NCBI GenBank assembly: GCA_020057505.1
Contig: JAGVFQ010000057.1
Span: 1 to 53,584, forward strand
Direction: 5' to 3'
DNA length: 53,584 nt
Source of the DNA: Patescibacteria group bacterium
GTDB lineage: Bacteria > Patescibacteriota > Patescibacteriia > JAGVFQ01
The position numbers were made by a program, and so were the translations under genes. Shown here in pieces: positions 52,201 through 53,584 of the stretch (position 1 is its first letter; each line of letters opens with the position of its first letter). The notes beneath the pieces are model-generated. The model did no database searches, had not been told where the DNA came from, and saw nothing but the letters and a program-made list of their open reading frames with translations.

Positions 52201-52602
52201 TTAATTATTTACAGATTTAAAAAAATAATTCCACCAGCTTCGAGCGTTTGGTTCTTCTTCCGCCAAATTAACTTTGTCTTTCCCCTGGTTATTTACCGCG
52301 TTATTTTCAGGAATGACAATCACTGATTCGCCGGGTTTGGCCAAACCAAGCTTGAGTCTGGCTTCCTCTTCGGCGAAAGAATTGGTATTGACAAAATCAA
52401 TCAGCGAGTAAAGGTCTTTGTTCCTGCCTTCCAGCCTTTTCACCTCGTCTTCTAGCTTCGTAATATCGCCTTTCATCTCGTAGCTTTTAACCAAATTTTC
52501 CCCAATAGAAAAAAAAAGAGCAATAGAAAACACCGCAATAATTGCCAAAAAAACAGGAGTATAAAAAAATATTTTCAAGAATATTTTTGTCCCCTTCTTC
52601 AT
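52201..52602 (-). CDS. septum formation initiator (FtsB/DivIC family)
   Basis: 133 aa. TM helix followed by a coiled coil (ITKLEDEVKRLEGRNKDLYSLI) and a conserved EEEARLKLGLAKPGE. Confidence 0.7.
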   Translation of the reverse strand: MKKGTKIFLKIFFYTPVFLAIIAVFSIALFFSIGENLVKSYEMKGDITKLEDEVKRLEGRNKDLYSLIDFVNTNSFAEEEARLKLGLAKPGESVIVIPENNAVNNQGKDKVNLAEEEPNARSWWNYFFKSVNN

Positions 52603-52771
52603 ATTGTATATTATATCATTTTAGAAAAAAATTACAACGGGTACTACATGCGGACTTGACGCGGACTATTGGGCGGATTATTTAAGCATTTAATAATAAC
52701 TATCCTGTATTAAATCAGAAAACTAACACCCCTTCTGCCATGCCCATTGGACGGACTAAAAGAGCGCGATA

Positions 52772-53110
52772 TTCCCCCTTAGCAAAGGGGTCAGGGGGTT
52801 GTTCACCACAAAACTTTTTAAATTATATAATTGGGGAATCTATAATATTCAATATACTACTAATATATTTTTATTTGAATTCCCACCGCCTAGCCATAAA
52901 TGGACTAGGCTGGTTTATCGAAACCCCATTAATGGGGTTTCCGTGCTATAGACCGGCCATTTATGGCTGGGCTATTGAATTGTTGTTATAATAAATTTTC
53001 ATATTTAAGCGTGCACATCCCCCTTAGCAAAGGGGGAATCGGCGGTTCCCCTCCTGCCTGCCTGTCCGCCAAAGCGATAGCGTCGGTGGAAGGAGGGGGC
53101 AGGGGGAGGT
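52772..53110. repeat. cluster of hairpin/palindromic repeat elements in a ~580-bp non-coding gap
   Basis: Contains the 43-nt element (52772-52814) and AGCCATAAATGG / CCATTTATGGCT inverted copies. Also has a perfect 22-nt palindrome GAAACCCCATTAATGGGGTTTC, TCCCCCTTAGCAAAGGGGGA (53018-53037), and a long GC hairpin at about 53048-53100. Confidence 0.75.
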
Positions 53111-53204
53111 GGGAGATTTTTTTTCTTAACAAAAGCAAGATTTAAACCAATATTAAAAACCAATTACTGCCAACCAAACTTCCTATAATTTTAATCTTTG
53201 ATTT

Positions 53205-53584
53205 TTAAATTTTTATTTTCAATCTACCCTGCCTCAATATTTTCGGTCTCTCCCCTGTTACATCCACCACGGTCGAAGCCTTACCCCGCCCTGTTCGTCC
53301 ACCATCGATAATCAAATCAACTTTATTATTAAACTGCTTAATAGCTTTCTCGGGCGAATTAATATTGCTCTCACCTGACAAATTGGCGCTGGTGCCGATC
53401 AGAGGCAAACCTAATTTCTTAATCAACGCCTGAACAATTTTATTTGACGATAATCTGATTGCTACCTTGTCGTCGCCGGCCGTAACCATCGCCGGGATTA
53501 TTTTAGATTTTTCAAAAACCAAAGTTAATGGCCCCGGCCAATATTGCTTAATCATTTTTTGGGCCAAGGGCGTAATCTTTTGGA
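53205..53584 (-). CDS. tsaC: L-threonylcarbamoyladenylate synthase (TsaC/Sua5/YrdC family), 5' end outside the window
   Basis: YWPGPLTLV and IGTSANLSG motifs. The reading frame stays open to the window edge. Confidence 0.8.
   Translation of the reverse strand, partial: QKITPLAQKMIKQYWPGPLTLVFEKSKIIPAMVTAGDDKVAIRLSSNKIVQALIKKLGLPLIGTSANLSGESNINSPEKAIKQFNNKVDLIIDGGRTGRGKASTVVDVTGERPKILRQGRLKIKI

Noticed and set aside
52740-53145. Two plus-strand ORFs (83 aa and 60 aa) in the ftsB-tsaC gap
   Set aside because: Both are translations of palindromic repeat elements (PLAKGSGG, PLSKGGIGG, AINGLGW-type peptides). They have no RBS and no coding periodicity that I could see.

Overview
This 53.6-kb window is transcribed almost entirely from the minus strand. 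It has low-to-moderate G+C and short intergenic regions crowded with small hairpin repeats. The housekeeping content is QueH, RarA, PolX, RtcB plus archease, a presenilin-like protease, cupin-type PGI, a YvcK/CofD-like protein, PfkA, RlmN, TruB, an AlkD-like protein, FtsEX, RlpA, a PpiC-type isomerase, FtsB/DivIC and TsaC. By inference this looks like the core chromosome of a small-genome, CPR/Patescibacteria-like bacterium. All protein calls come from motif recognition by eye; no searches were run.

The main accessory feature is a roughly 13-kb island (about 34.7-47.98 kb) that abuts a tRNA-Gln gene. It contains:
- a 1960-aa polymorphic toxin with a Sec signal, a TcB/TcC-fusion-like build (SpvB-like N-terminus, FG-GAP propeller, RHS/YD shell, C-terminal toxin) and an overlapping immunity ORF;
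- three downstream orphan Rhs-CT/immunity cassettes that all share a near-identical core-end DNA block, one of which has its own ATG and a signal-peptide-like N-terminus;
- a truncated large serine recombinase;
- a three-gene module of a MerR-GHKL ATPase, a STAS-like (DUF4325) protein and a truncated kinase.

Between tRNA-Gln and the rhs start lie two 135-bp tandem units. Each carries a degenerate copy of the tRNA-Gln 3' half plus its 3' flank, which looks like att-site scars.

Other notable items:
- three visibly G+C-enriched transcription units around pfkA: a Cys-rich ORF plus YvcK-like gene, a PfkB-like kinase, and a small ORF with a palindromic operator-like site;
- a small-RNA or leader candidate bounded by a promoter and a terminator at about 5982-6130;
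- an ECF sigma / anti-sigma / MacAB-like efflux operon flanked by paralogous small secreted proteins;
- three tRNAs: Gln-UUG, Gly-CCC and Thr-CGU;
- at least five families of short intergenic repeats.

I saw no rRNA, no CRISPR array and no intact transposase.
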